A DNA stretch of 64,000 nt from Azolla caroliniana (lineage: Eukaryota > Plantae > Polypodiophyta), in assembly GCA_043228905.1 (NCBI GenBank), contig JBHGNT010000003.1, positions 3,844,001-3,908,000 of the forward strand. The letters run 5' to 3'. The notes beneath the pieces were generated by a model, which saw only the letters and a list, made by a program, of their open reading frames with translations, had not been told where the DNA came from and did not search any database. Position numbers and translations under genes: made by a program. Numbering within the stretch: position 1 is the stretch's first letter; each line of letters starts with the position of its first letter. Positions 27,485 to 38,800 of this stretch are shown here, in pieces.

Positions 27485-28837
27485 TCATTCTCTTGTAGAT
27501 CTCCTTAAAGGTTGATTTGCCACCTCTTGTAATGGAAGTTGCTCCCCCCGCTCAAGACCTGTCTCTGGCAAAACAACATCATTACTAGCATCACCTACAA
27601 TCAACGGCTCACCAACATCCTCATGTTGCTCCTCTTGTTGTGAGGCACTCTCTTGTGTATCATCATCCATCATAGGAATTGGATCAATATCTACTAGGTC
27701 ACCATCTAAAGAGGTACTTGACCTTTCCGCCTTGTCAATGTCCTCAACGGTTTGGTCTTCGATGAACACTACATCACGACTCCTAATGAGCTTCTTTCCC
27801 ATAGGATTGTAACACCTATAACCACAATCATCTTGACCATATCCAATAAAAATGCATTGTTTAGATTTAGCATCTAACTTCGATCTTTCATCCTTGGGTA
27901 TATGTACAAAACACTTACACCCAAACACACGTAAGTAATCATAAGATACATCTTTACCATACCACACTCTATTCGGTACATCACCTTGCAATGCGGTAGT
28001 AGGAGATAGATTAATGATATGTGCAACAATATTCAAAGCCTCACCCCAAAATGATTTAGGTAACCTTGCATCTGAGAGTAAGCACCTAACTCTTTCAACT
28101 AGGGTTCTATTCATTCTTTCGACCAAACCATTTAATTGGGGAGTCTTAGGAGGGGTTCTTTGATGTTTGCTAACTTGCTCTCGACAATACGCATCAAAAG
28201 ATCCACAGTATTCGCCACCATTATCGCTACGAATACATTTCAGTTTCTTCCCTGTCTCTCTCTCAATAGAAACATGAAACTCTTTAAAAACATCAAAAAC
28301 TTGATCTTTTGATTTCAACATTCGAACCCAAAGCTTCCTAGAATGATCATCAATGAAAATAACAAAATAAATTGATCCACCCATTGACCTTACCTTCAAG
28401 GGTCCACACACATCAGAATGCACTAGCTCGAGTATACCTTTTTGTCGAAGAGAAGAATGCTTAAAGGAAACCCTCTTAGCCTTCCCTGCCAAACAATGAT
28501 CACATGTATCTAACTTCACATCTTTTAAACCTGGTAGGACGTTCTTTTTTGCTAGAAAGTCAAGTCCCTTTTCACTAATATGGGACAATCTCTTATGCCA
28601 CAATTTTGAAACATCTTGATTTTCAACTGCATTGACAAAGTTAGTAGAGACAGAAGCTTGCAAAAGATATAAACCATTGTGACAACATTTATTTGCTTTC
28701 GCAATAATCAAAGAACCCTTACAAATTTTCCACTTACCATTTTGAGACGAATGGTTATAGCCCTCGTCGTCTAATGTACCTGTGGAGATTAGATCCAATC
28801 TAATATCGGGCACGTGTCGTACTTGATGTAGAATCAA
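27485..28837 (-). CDS. Copia GAG-pre-integrase/integrase ORF (part of disrupted pol)
   Basis: HHCC zinc finger and DDE core (HSDVCGP, SDNGGEY, NGLVERMNRTL), plus SKLDAKSKQCIFIGY. Confidence 0.85.
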   Translation of the reverse strand: MILHQVRHVPDIRLDLISTGTLDDEGYNHSSQNGKWKICKGSLIIAKANKCCHNGLYLLQASVSTNFVNAVENQDVSKLWHKRLSHISEKGLDFLAKKNVLPGLKDVKLDTCDHCLAGKAKRVSFKHSSLRQKGILELVHSDVCGPLKVRSMGGSIYFVIFIDDHSRKLWVRMLKSKDQVFDVFKEFHVSIERETGKKLKCIRSDNGGEYCGSFDAYCREQVSKHQRTPPKTPQLNGLVERMNRTLVERVRCLLSDARLPKSFWGEALNIVAHIINLSPTTALQGDVPNRVWYGKDVSYDYLRVFGCKCFVHIPKDERSKLDAKSKQCIFIGYGQDDCGYRCYNPMGKKLIRSRDVVFIEDQTVEDIDKAERSSTSLDGDLVDIDPIPMMDDDTQESASQQEEQHEDVGEPLIVGDASNDVVLPETGLERGEQLPLQEVANQPLRRSTRE

Positions 28838-30080
28838 CTTGAATCCCGTGTTGGTTTTGCAAGCAAATGATTCCTGTGCCGACTACCTTTGCAAATCCAT
28901 CATTCCCCATCTTCACAACACCATAGTCACCTGGAGTGTAAGATGAGAAAAAATCCCTTCTAGACGTAACATGGTGGGAGGTACCACTATCAAGAACCCA
29001 AGTGGTTTCATGCCTACTTATGTTAACTTCATTGTAACTTGTACATACAACAAGTAAATCATTAGAGGAAGCAACATTGTCTTCTCCCTTCTTCAAACAA
29101 CTTCCCTCATTTCATGTTTCTTTGAAGATCCTATGTGTTCGCCCCGTCTCTTTTTCTTTTCCTCGACAAGGGCTTCATAATTTTGGCATATGGTCTCTAC
29201 AAGGATTGTTTTCTCGTCCACAAGGTCATTCCACTCTGATATTTCTTGAACTCTTCATTCAGCTTTGCTAGCCTCGTCTGTTCGAAGTTTCCCTTTCCCA
29301 ATATGTTCTAAAAATGATCGGCCAAACTTCTCCTTCTAATGGGCCTTGGCCTCTCATATCATGCCCCGCTCGAACTTTGGTTTACGTGGAATAATTGGAT
29401 GTTTAATAAAAAGGGATGTAGCTAGCAAGTTCTTAGTTCGACATGATAAGCAAGTGATTATTATCGATTATCATACTAGTTAGGCAAACAAATACAAGAG
29501 AATCTGAACATGGAGTAGTATTGCACATGAATGTCAGAATGGATCATTCGATAACTATCATTCATAAAGGTATGTGCTTGCGAGTGTTTCAAGATGTTGC
29601 ATACATTTCATGCCTTCATTGAAAGTATAGGTAATATCACCCATATGTACTCGGTCAATTCTCTAAACTTTAGCTGAATTTTTATATTCTTGGAAGCGGT
29701 CCTAGTCCCAATAATGTTGTAAACATGTAGACAATTTCTAATGTGTATGTATGTGAAAGTACATGTGTAAACATAAATGTTTGTGTATAACTATATATTT
29801 GTAACTTCTATATGTGTACAATTTAAACATGTAAATGTTTTTTAATATATTCATGTGCGTGCATTCTATATGTGTTTATGTAAAGGTTTATGTAAAGGCA
29901 ACATTCTCATCCATAACTTTATTCAAATCCACAAATAACCTTGATTAATATAGGTTATAAAACAGGACAATTATTCTTAGTTGCAAACCCCTGTCTAGGT
30001 TCATTGGAGGAATATTCAAAAGTTTACAAGAAATATCAAAAGTAGGCCTTTCTATTTAAACCCACGTAGCCAGATATAAT

Positions 30081-33000
30081 TTAGCTTAGTGGGAAGGATT
30101 TTTTTCCTTCACAATGAATTTTGCATAACCATGCAACTTGAGTACTCTCCTCACCTTCATAATATATGGTACGCTTAAGAAGGAACTTCTTAGCTATGTT
30201 TTGGTCGGTCAAACCTCCATTTTCCACCAACATGGATGCCAAGCACTTTTGCCACTCTTTGGAAGCATACTCTAGTTTACTTAGAAATATATCCTTTTTT
30301 GATTCAAAATGACTTTGTATCATAGGGTATTGTTTCGCTAGTTTGAGGTGGTGTGTCCAATCAAGAGGTACCATGTAGGAAATACCGAGTCTAGCGGCTA
30401 TAGTCAAAACATGAAACATACCATTGATATATGGTAGAACTTTTTCTAGATACTCTGAATGAGACTCTGAAAAAGAGGTGAGGGAGATACCAGGTTGGTT
30501 TTTCACCGGGTGTGGCAATTTTTTATCCTCACAATATAGTTGGATTCTCACCATTTTTCCTCCCAAAAGTCGAGGCCACCGTGTCAAAAGTTCCTCAATG
30601 GTCGATGCACTAGAGCTAGTTGTAAGGAGGGCGACACGAGGGAGTTGCTTCTCAGCCTCATTCTCTAGAGCCATTTTCAATAGCTTACTTATAGATTTCT
30701 CAATGTTACTCATAACATCTTTCCTCATAATTTGAAGTTCTTTGTGCATTTCATCTACTGTCTTGGTCATTTGATCCACCTTATCATGTATCTTTAGGAC
30801 CACTTCATAAGTGGCATCCAACTTATCTATAATTTCCTTTGCCATGAGCTTGCTACATCGCACCTCAATTGCTTGATTTTCTGATACTGGATCTTCTTGC
30901 ACCAAGCTATTTTCAAGGCTAGTCATGGTCACATTTTGTTGACTTTCTTGTTCTCCAAATATTTTGACATCATTATTCTCCAATAATGGACTTTGTGCCT
31001 CTTGCTCAAGCCATGCTTTATATGACGCAAGAATTTCCTCATAATTTTCAAAACCAAGGAGATCAATGAAATCATTTGTTAGAGAACTGAGGAGTTCAGT
31101 CTGTTTCCAATCATAAGATCCTTGCTGGTTTTGCTCAAGCTTTTGTCTTAATTGTTCCTTCAAGTAAGTTATTTTCACGCATTGATCTTCTCTATCTTGT
31201 GCATTTGATAGATCCCAACAACAATCAGGCCGGATGACACTCTCGATCAACCTAACCCCTTGGACGCCCGCGGGTTGTGCACATATTGTAATCAAGTTGT
31301 TGACGATGCGCTTTTCCATAAAAGCTAAGGTACTTAGAGTGTCTTTTTCAGTGTTAATATTTTGAGCACGAACCAATACATCTATGACATAGTTTGATTT
31401 TGCTTGGCAGAACATGACGATGATCACGATTTTTGGAAAACGTATGATTATGAAATTTTTTCCGAGTGTGATGTGAGCATTGTCATGTTCCGATTGGAAT
31501 GCATTACTAAATAACACTTGAATCCTGGGAAACAATCCTGGAGTAAGAAATGTGAGGTTTTCATTCTCACACTCTAACCTTCTACCCATATACACAAATG
31601 AATCCTTATCCTCAACTAAATTGTCGTCACGCTTTGCTCTTGGTGAAGTCCATTGGAGTTGTTCCACACCCACATCCTTGGACAATATGGCAGGAATGAA
31701 GATGAGTTCTCCATGGTTGGTGGGGACTTTGCAACATAGGTGCATGGGTTCCATCAATTGTACCAGTAATGAACCCTCCGCTTTAGATTTGGTAATTGAT
31801 TCGAACTTCTCTTCGAGGAAATGTTTAGGGATGTATCCTTTCTCAAATACAATAGTACCCTTCCCTTTAGATTCTTTAGAGTGTGGGAAATGAATGAGGC
31901 TGCCCATGATCTCATTGCAAAACCAATTGGGATCAAGAATGATGTGTTGGATTCCGTTTATGTATATAACGTTACCGGATTCATTCAAGGACATGGCGAT
32001 TGCATTTAATTTAGCTTTGTCACTGTTGGGATTGGAAAGTTGGGCAGCCATATGGCAGATTTCCTCAAACTTCTCCCATGTAATGATTCGTTCATTTTTA
32101 TTCTTCAAATGCTTTGATAACTGTTTGCTTACCCCTGTGCAGATGTCGTACAACAGAATACCTTGGAGCATATCCTTGGCATTGCTGAAGATAAATTCTG
32201 CTGTACCTTTTACAGAGTCCTTGTTCCTGGCATCTACATGGAAAGGAGGGTGGAGGATGTCGATCACCCCTTCAAAATCTGATCGAAGTGAATCAATGCA
32301 ATGTAAGAGAGCGCTAGTGACAAACTCCATTTGATCGGCTCGTGTGAATACCACGATCACCCTGAGAGCGATAATGGATTGACGGCTTTTGGAAGCGAGG
32401 AACCGAAGCCAGTACCTGAAGCTTGCTATGAAGTCAGTGTCTCTTTTCTCTGATCCTCTGTCGCTACTTTCGCTATCCATGGGGCTCCAAACGAACATGA
32501 ACATGGATGGGAACTGATAAGAGCTGGTTCCTATGTCTGGGAACATGCAGTCGTGGAATGCGTGGAACTCTTGTTGGCCTGCCATGTCCCAGAGAGACAC
32601 TCGAATTCCCTCTTTCTTGATGGCTTGCACCTCGATTCCTTGTGTTCGACCTCCAGTAAACAGGGCTCTCGCCCGATCTCTCTTTCGCCCGTAAATGGAA
32701 CGCATGGAGGATACAAGGGTAGTCTTTCCTGCGCCAAACAAAATGCAGTGCAAGTGTGTTAGTGTGTGTTTATCTTCATCAATCTGGCTTGTCTGATTTT
32801 TCAGTATTTGAGAGAGTGTGGGCATGTTATGTTGCCTGCGAATGGATCTCCGCATATGAACAATCGGATGGATGTCGCAGGCACTCGCTTCAAATCAGAT
32901 CCCAACATGAAATTGCGCTGGTTCCTCCACAGCTGCGCCTCGATGGCAGGGTCCATCCTAATACGAAGGCCTCGAATCGCAAAGAAAGGAAGTCCGGATC

Positions 33001-34033
33001 GTGAAAGTGCATCCACAACCACAGCAGTAGCAGATCGGGTTAATTCATCTGGGGAGACAGCTAAATGAAGGCTGTATAATTGAGGAGGAGATGAAGGGGT
33101 ACCGCCAACGGTCTCCGCCTCCTCCTTCTTTGGCGGTGCTAGGTGATCCATGAAATCCATTAGCTCCTCCTCTGTCATTATACCGAATAGAGAGAGCTCT
33201 TTGAGCTTCGGCCAGTGGCGCACGAAACCAGTGTTCCTTCTCCAGTTCATGCACTTTGAATACATGTGCAGTCTGTGGAGGGAGGCTGCGAGGGGTGAAT
33301 GTGAGGGATGAAGGTCCGCTAATTTCCCCACAAACTCAGCGGATATGTCCAGAGACGTGAGGTGGAGGGAGGTGAGGGAAGTGAAGTCACATAACTCCTC
33401 TATGCACTCATCCCCCATCCGCATCCACTGAAGGGAGAGATGTTTGAGGCGTTTGTTTTTCTTGAGAGCCCTCAGAAGACCATGAGGATCCTTGAATTCT
33501 GGTGCTTCGATGAGGAGGCTGCTGGGGGCGGCATCATGATCTGCAGCGAGAGAGAGAGCCTCCACCCAATCCCTCTCCTCCTCTTCGCTTAGATTCAGAA
33601 GGAGATGGAGAGATCGTCCGGAGAGATTGGCGGCAGCCGTGAGGATGGCCTTCCGTTCTTCTGCAATGGAGGTAGGATCTCCTAAATCCAGCATCATGTG
33701 TCTGCTGCCCCATTCCCAAGATCGTTTCTTCCTGACGTTAGAATCAGCATATGACCAATATGCTATTCTTTGATTATCCTCCTCCGGCGGCCTATGGATG
33801 AGGAAGAGATCCTCAACATTGGCGACATTATTTGACAGATCATGAGTAGAGGCTGAGGTTGAAGAATCAGAATCAGAATCAGCAGCTGCATGATGTTGTT
33901 GTTGAGAGGTTGAATTTGAAGGGAGGTTGAGTAGAGCTGCTCTCGATTTCTCTACCGCTTCTCTCACCTCCTCGGATGTCCACTTCGTGAGGATGAGGCT
34001 GTGAGGGGGTGGGAGGAGGTGAGGCTTCTCCAT
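30081..34033 (-). CDS. TRN1-like: TORNADO1-like Roco protein (LRR - Roc GTPase - COR - coiled coil - Cys/His C-terminal module), copy B, apparently intact; exons 34033-32836 and 32728-30081, ~1281 aa
   Basis: Two uninterrupted ORFs join through a 107-bp phase-1 intron (GCAG/GCAACA ... CTAAC ... TTTGGCGCAG/GAAAG) to give the P-loop GDPFAGKTT. Other motifs: G2 RTQGIEV, G3 WDMAGQQEFHAFH, G4 FTRAD, G5 DAR; COR ILDPNWFCNEIMG, FVYMGRRLEC, TFLTPGLFPRIQV (TORNADO1-family hallmarks). N-terminal RI-like LRRs LKHLSL, LTSLHL, LHRLHM, LKELSL, LYSLHL. Paralog rather than proven TRN1 ortholog. Confidence 0.9.
32729..32835 (-). other. GC-AG intron splitting the P-loop glycine codon of Roco copy B
   Basis: This junction restores GxxxxGKT in frame. 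CTAAC branch point ~30 nt upstream of the AG. The homologous intron has a GC donor in copy A (18763) and a GT donor in remnant R1 (15150). Confidence 0.8.
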
Positions 34034-34732
34034 GGAAAGGAAGGAATGGAATGAAAGAAAATAATGGAATGTGAAGGAAAGTTGTGAATGATAAATGAAT
34101 TTAATAAATGAACATGTTAGGTTTAGCCAAAGTTTACATTAACATAATCATCAAGCACGTTATGTTTACCGACAAACATGACAATGATTAAAACGATACA
34201 AAACTGAAAATTCCTTATTTGGGCCCCACGTAGTTCATGACAAAGATTTCTCATCGGCTTCGTCCACCTTTCATGTTTTGTAGACGGAGAGTAGTTCTAG
34301 ATTTATTGTTAGCGTGTTTGATGAAAAACGCTATTCAAACTATAATTTGAATGTCAAACCACAAAACAATTTCACTATGAATGAGACAAGAACGATTTCA
34401 TTGGTTTTAAATGACCATTTTTTTGTGCATTTTCATCTTCTCTCACATTGGATATTTAGGCAATACCATAAAGTCAAAACACTTGGGCACGTCTTTCGCT
34501 TTTACAATGCAATGCCGTGTTTCCTTTTCCTTTCCATTACTTTTTTATTGGCCTCTAACGAAATATGGCCAATTTTTAACAAATAGAATGAAAATAATTA
34601 TATCCAAGGTCAATAATTCAAAAGATTGACAAACAATCCAACAATAATGGGGAACAATAGAATTTTTATAATGTTCAGTTTTTTATTATACAAGTGTTTC
34701 CTTTATGTAATGAAGCATTATGAGACTATTGT

Positions 34733-34901
34733 TTATAGCCTCTTCCTCTTTCTCCTTCTCCTTCTTCAGCTACTACTGGTTGATTGATGGTGGCACGATA
34801 AATTCTAGGATTAAATATGTGGCAATGGAATAGGGTTAGGCGAGGGGAGGGGGTAATTGGGCGATGGAGATGTAGATGCAGGGGATGGGGAAAGATTGGA
34901 A
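34733..34901 (-). pseudogene. Inverted, diverged duplicate of part of SRPBCC gene exon 1 (homologous to ~5337-5540)
   Basis: Translates HRPITPSPRLTLFHCHIFNPRIYRATINQPVVAEEGEGERGRGY versus HRPITPSPRLILIHRHRSNPKGHRATINQSVTAEEE..GEGGRDY in the gene. Confidence 0.85.
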
Positions 34902-35432
34902 CTCTAGTCAAATAAGTATATGTAACTCTAAATTTATAATCACAATTTTTGTGGTATAGCCAGATATGTGTTTGTAACCCTAAATTTATTTCCTTTGCAT
35001 ATTGGCACCATAATATAGCCTGCCACTGACAAACACTGCGATCCAACCAGATCCGGATTGGGTTATCAGTTCCTCAAACCTCCAAACAACACTATGTTAC
35101 TACTTTACATTACAAATTGTAGGTTATGAACATATACCCTTACAAGTCTCCATTTAACATCCCTAGCAATCAGTGTAGTTCTATTTGGCCTTTCATCCAA
35201 GAAACACATAAGAACCATTTTCAATATGAGGGACTACAGGAGAGGAATGTACAATATCCAAATTTATGTTGGAAATTTAGAAAACCCACCATGTGATGCG
35301 TCATACAAGCCTAATAACATATCCAGTGTATTGTGTCAAAAAAATCACTACACGCAGAACACAAAGCTAACATAATGCTTCTAAAGGATGCAACATAATT
35401 TCTTTCACAATGCGCAAATCAAGCACATTACT

Positions 35433-35837
35433 TGTAAAAAGTAACGTGCGGAAGCAAGTATGAAGACCGAACAGAAGGAAGAAAACTCAGGTTTAATGGA
35501 GAGCTTGAGCTTACGCAGTATACGCGGGAGAGACAGAGAGAGTGAGAGAGAGAAAACACAAGAACTATATTTCAACAAAACGATCTCGATTCACTACTCT
35601 ATACATATGTGTGTTCCATGAACACTTTTATACAAGTCCTCGAAGGACTGACCGAAGTACTGACCGTACTTCAATGCTCTTTAAGAGCTCCTACACTAAC
35701 TCCCAAATATATTCCTCACGGAATATCTTTCCTAACGGCCTCCCGGTTTACGCACTCGGCCTAACCGATCGGTCCCAACCGATCTGGTCCTCGGCTTCTT
35801 CAGCCGATCCAGCCGATGTTGAGCTTGTCTCTCAACA
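35433..35837 (-). repeat. 3' LTR of full-length Copia
   Basis: Direct repeat of 40666-41070; adjacent PPT. Confidence 0.95.
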
Positions 35838-38800
35838 CTCCCCCTCAAGCTCAACTTGAGGCTCTTCGGGATCCTGGGGCTCACAGCTCCGGTTCCTCTT
35901 GGCTTCACACCTCGCTCGCGCTCCTCGACCTGTTCGACTCCGCGTGCTTCGACCCTTTCGGTCGGCTTGTCTGCTCATGCGGCCCTTATCAGCTCTTCTG
36001 CTGTTGCGGTGTTGACGCTTCTCCTGCTGCCTTTTCTTCTGCTTGGGCCTCGGTTGATTCAGCATATCGGAATCAAACATCCGAACCGACTCGGCTACCT
36101 CCGATCGGTTTTCGCTCCCGTCCGAGTTGGCTGTCTCCAACTCGTCTTCGGTCTTCTCGCCCTTGGTGGCATCATCTTCCCCATGCGTGGTTGGCTTCGG
36201 CTCTCTCCTTCGGCTGCTCCCCTTCTGTCCGCTTTCGGACTTTTCCGCGGGTCCGAAGTCGAACTCGACAACCGAGTCAACAACCGAGTCAACCGACTCG
36301 GTGTCGCGGCCTCCGCTCCTTTCCTGCTGCTTTGCTTAGTCGTTCGGGACTGTTCTCCCCCTCAAGTTTGGCACGTCGAGGTGACGCAATCCGAGCACAC
36401 CAGAGAATTGCCGCAACTTGTCTAGACCAAGGGGCTTAGTGAAGATGTCGGCAGTCTGCCGATCTGTCGGAACGTACTGAAGTTCGACGTCACCGGAAAG
36501 GACACGTTCACGGACGAAATGGTAGTGCACCTCAATGTGCTTGGTCTGTGCGTGGAAAACGGGGTTTTTCGCGAGCTGGATGCTGCTGAGGTTGTCGCAG
36601 TAGATCGTCGTCGGATTTGACACCTCCTCTTGCAGGTCCTTAAGTAGCCACTTCAACCATATGGCTTCGCATGTCGCGACAGCCGCTCCTCGGTACTCAA
36701 CTTCGGTGCTCGACAGTGCAACTCTCGGCTGCTTCTTACTGCTCCACGCAATCGCGGCACTCCCGAGGGAGAACACGTATCCGGACGTGGATCAGCGATC
36801 GGCGGCGTTGCCAGCCCAGTCAGCATCGGTGTAGCCGACTAACTGCGCGGCTGCACCGGTCCGATATAGCAGTCCCCGGTCGTTAGTGCCGTTGACATAC
36901 CGAAGTATGCGTTGCACACACTGAAGGTGGTCCTCAGTAGGTTGCGCCATGAACTGACTGATCACTCCGACCGGATAACTGAGGTCGCGTCGGGTGATGG
37001 TCAAGTATATGAGGCTTCCGACAATTTGTCGGAACCTCGTCGGGTCGCGTACCGTTCCCGTATCGGGACGAAGCTTGACGGTTCTGTCCAAAGGAGTCGA
37101 GACTGACTTACAGTCGGCCATCCCGAATTTGAAGAGCATACTCAGCACGTAGTGACGTTGGCTGATCAATATGCCTTCGGGGGTACGGATCACTTCGATC
37201 CCGAGGAAGTAATGAAGGTCCCCCAGATCCTTCATGTCGAATGATGCCGCAAGTTGGAGCTTCATGCGGTCGATTTCACGTAGGTCGGCGCCGGTGATGA
37301 CCAAGTCATCGACATATAGTAAAATACTAACCGGTCCGAGTCGACCTACGGATGAACAAGGAAGAGTCCGATTTTGACGTGACGAAGCCCATCCGACGCA
37401 GTTGTTGCGTGATCTTCGCGTTCCAGGCACGCGGGGCTTGCTTTAGTCCATAAAGGGACTTCTTCAGTCGGCATACTACCGAGGAGTTCGTTCCAGAGTG
37501 AAATTTGGGGGGCTGTACCATGTACACCTGTTCCTCAAGGTCACCTTGCAGGAACACATTCTTTACATCCATCTGATGTAAGTGCCACCCCTTCACCGCA
37601 GCTACTACGAGCAAAACACGGACGGTCGTCATTTTCGCGACCGGCGCAAACGTCTCATCGTAGTCGATGCCGTGTTTCTGCGCGTAGCCCTTTGCCACTA
37701 GCCGAGCCTTGTACCGGTTGACCGAGCCATCGGTGTTGTACTTGACCTTGTACACCCACCTACACCCGATCGGTTTTACCCCTCTTGGTGCGTCAACCAG
37801 ATCCCAGGTCTCGTTCTCTGCCAATGCGTGCATCTCTTCCTCCATCGCGGCACGCCAATTCGCGTCTTTAGCCACTTCTGCGTAGCTCTCCGGCTCACGC
37901 ACTTTCGCTACATGGGTCATGTATGCATAATGATGCGCCATGTACTCGTTGTATCCGAACCGCAAAACAGGATTCTTCTGATCGGCGTAATCTCACATTA
38001 GCCGATGTCGAGGCCTTCTCGGTCGACGCGGTCTTCACCTTTAAAGACCCGTCACCGGTTCCCTCGGAGTCGGACTCGCGTCAGTCTGACTCGTTCCTAT
38101 CCGTGCCAGAATCCGACACCTCCTTCTTCCCTTTCTCTTTGCGCGTAAGCCGTCTCCTCGGCTTCCTGCGCGGGGAATGCGCGGCCGAGTCTCCACTACT
38201 CGCCGACTCTTCATCGGACTGGTCGTACCGACTCAGTCGTCCAATCGGTCCACTTAAATGGAGTGAAATCGGACTCTCTTCGTGGGTCTCGATTTCGGGC
38301 TCATCCGGAGGCATCTCGGCCTCGCTGACCTCATCGTCAGAGCTCGGATTGGAGTCGGGGTTCGGAGTCGGGGGCTGGTACCAGGACGCGGACTTGTCAA
38401 ACACAACGTTGCGGCTAACACGCGCTTGTTTGGTGCGAGGGTTATAGCACTTATAACCCTTCTGCTCGTCCGAGTAACCGACCAAGATGCATTTCTCGGC
38501 CTTTGCGTCCAGCTTCCTCCTTTTCTCCTTCGGTACATGCACATACGCAATGCTACCGAACACCCTCAAGTGTCGCAAGTTCGGCTTCGTTCCGAAATAC
38601 AGCTCGTGCGCCAACACTTTGTCTCCGATCCGGTTCTGGATGTATACCGCGGTCCTTACCGCCTCGGCCCAGTAGAACTTGGGCAAGCTCGTCTCCTCCA
38701 ACATTGCCCGTGCCGCTTCCACAACTGACCGATTCTTCCTCTCGGCCACGCCGTTCTGCTCTGGCGTGTATCTATAACTGAATTCGTGCCGAATTCCCAT

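Larger units (their letters stand above)
25327..29100 (-). mobile_element. 5'-truncated Ty1/Copia retrotransposon (Tnt1/Tork-like): protease-integrase-RT-RNaseH, PPT and 3' LTR (~25327-25832)
   Basis: Protease WVLDSGTSHH (28800-29096); integrase HKRLSH..CDHC, VHSDVCGP, IRSDNGGEY (27485-28837); RT QLDVKTAFLHG, LLYVDDMLI and RNaseH FTDAD..KHIDVRYH (25874-27409). One frameshift and one in-frame TGA at 27485-27487. PPT GGAGGGGGGGA abuts an LTR bounded TGTT..AACA. No gag or 5' LTR seen. Confidence 0.93.
16357..31077 (+). repeat. Segmental duplication, copy 1 (near-identical to 51072-64000)
   Basis: ORF track and sequence repeat with offsets 34715, 33266, 32922, 32920 and 32923. The offset changes are explained by 194 and 1255 bp deletions, a 344 bp tandem duplication, a 2 bp (AT)n change and a 3 bp insertion. 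Only scattered SNPs otherwise. Confidence 0.97.

Noticed and set aside
30081-34033. Two separate genes (410 aa and 924 aa), or a programmed frameshift between the overlapping ORFs
   Set aside because: A 107-bp intron with branch point and AG acceptor restores the P-loop exactly, and the homologous remnant has a canonical GT donor at the same position.
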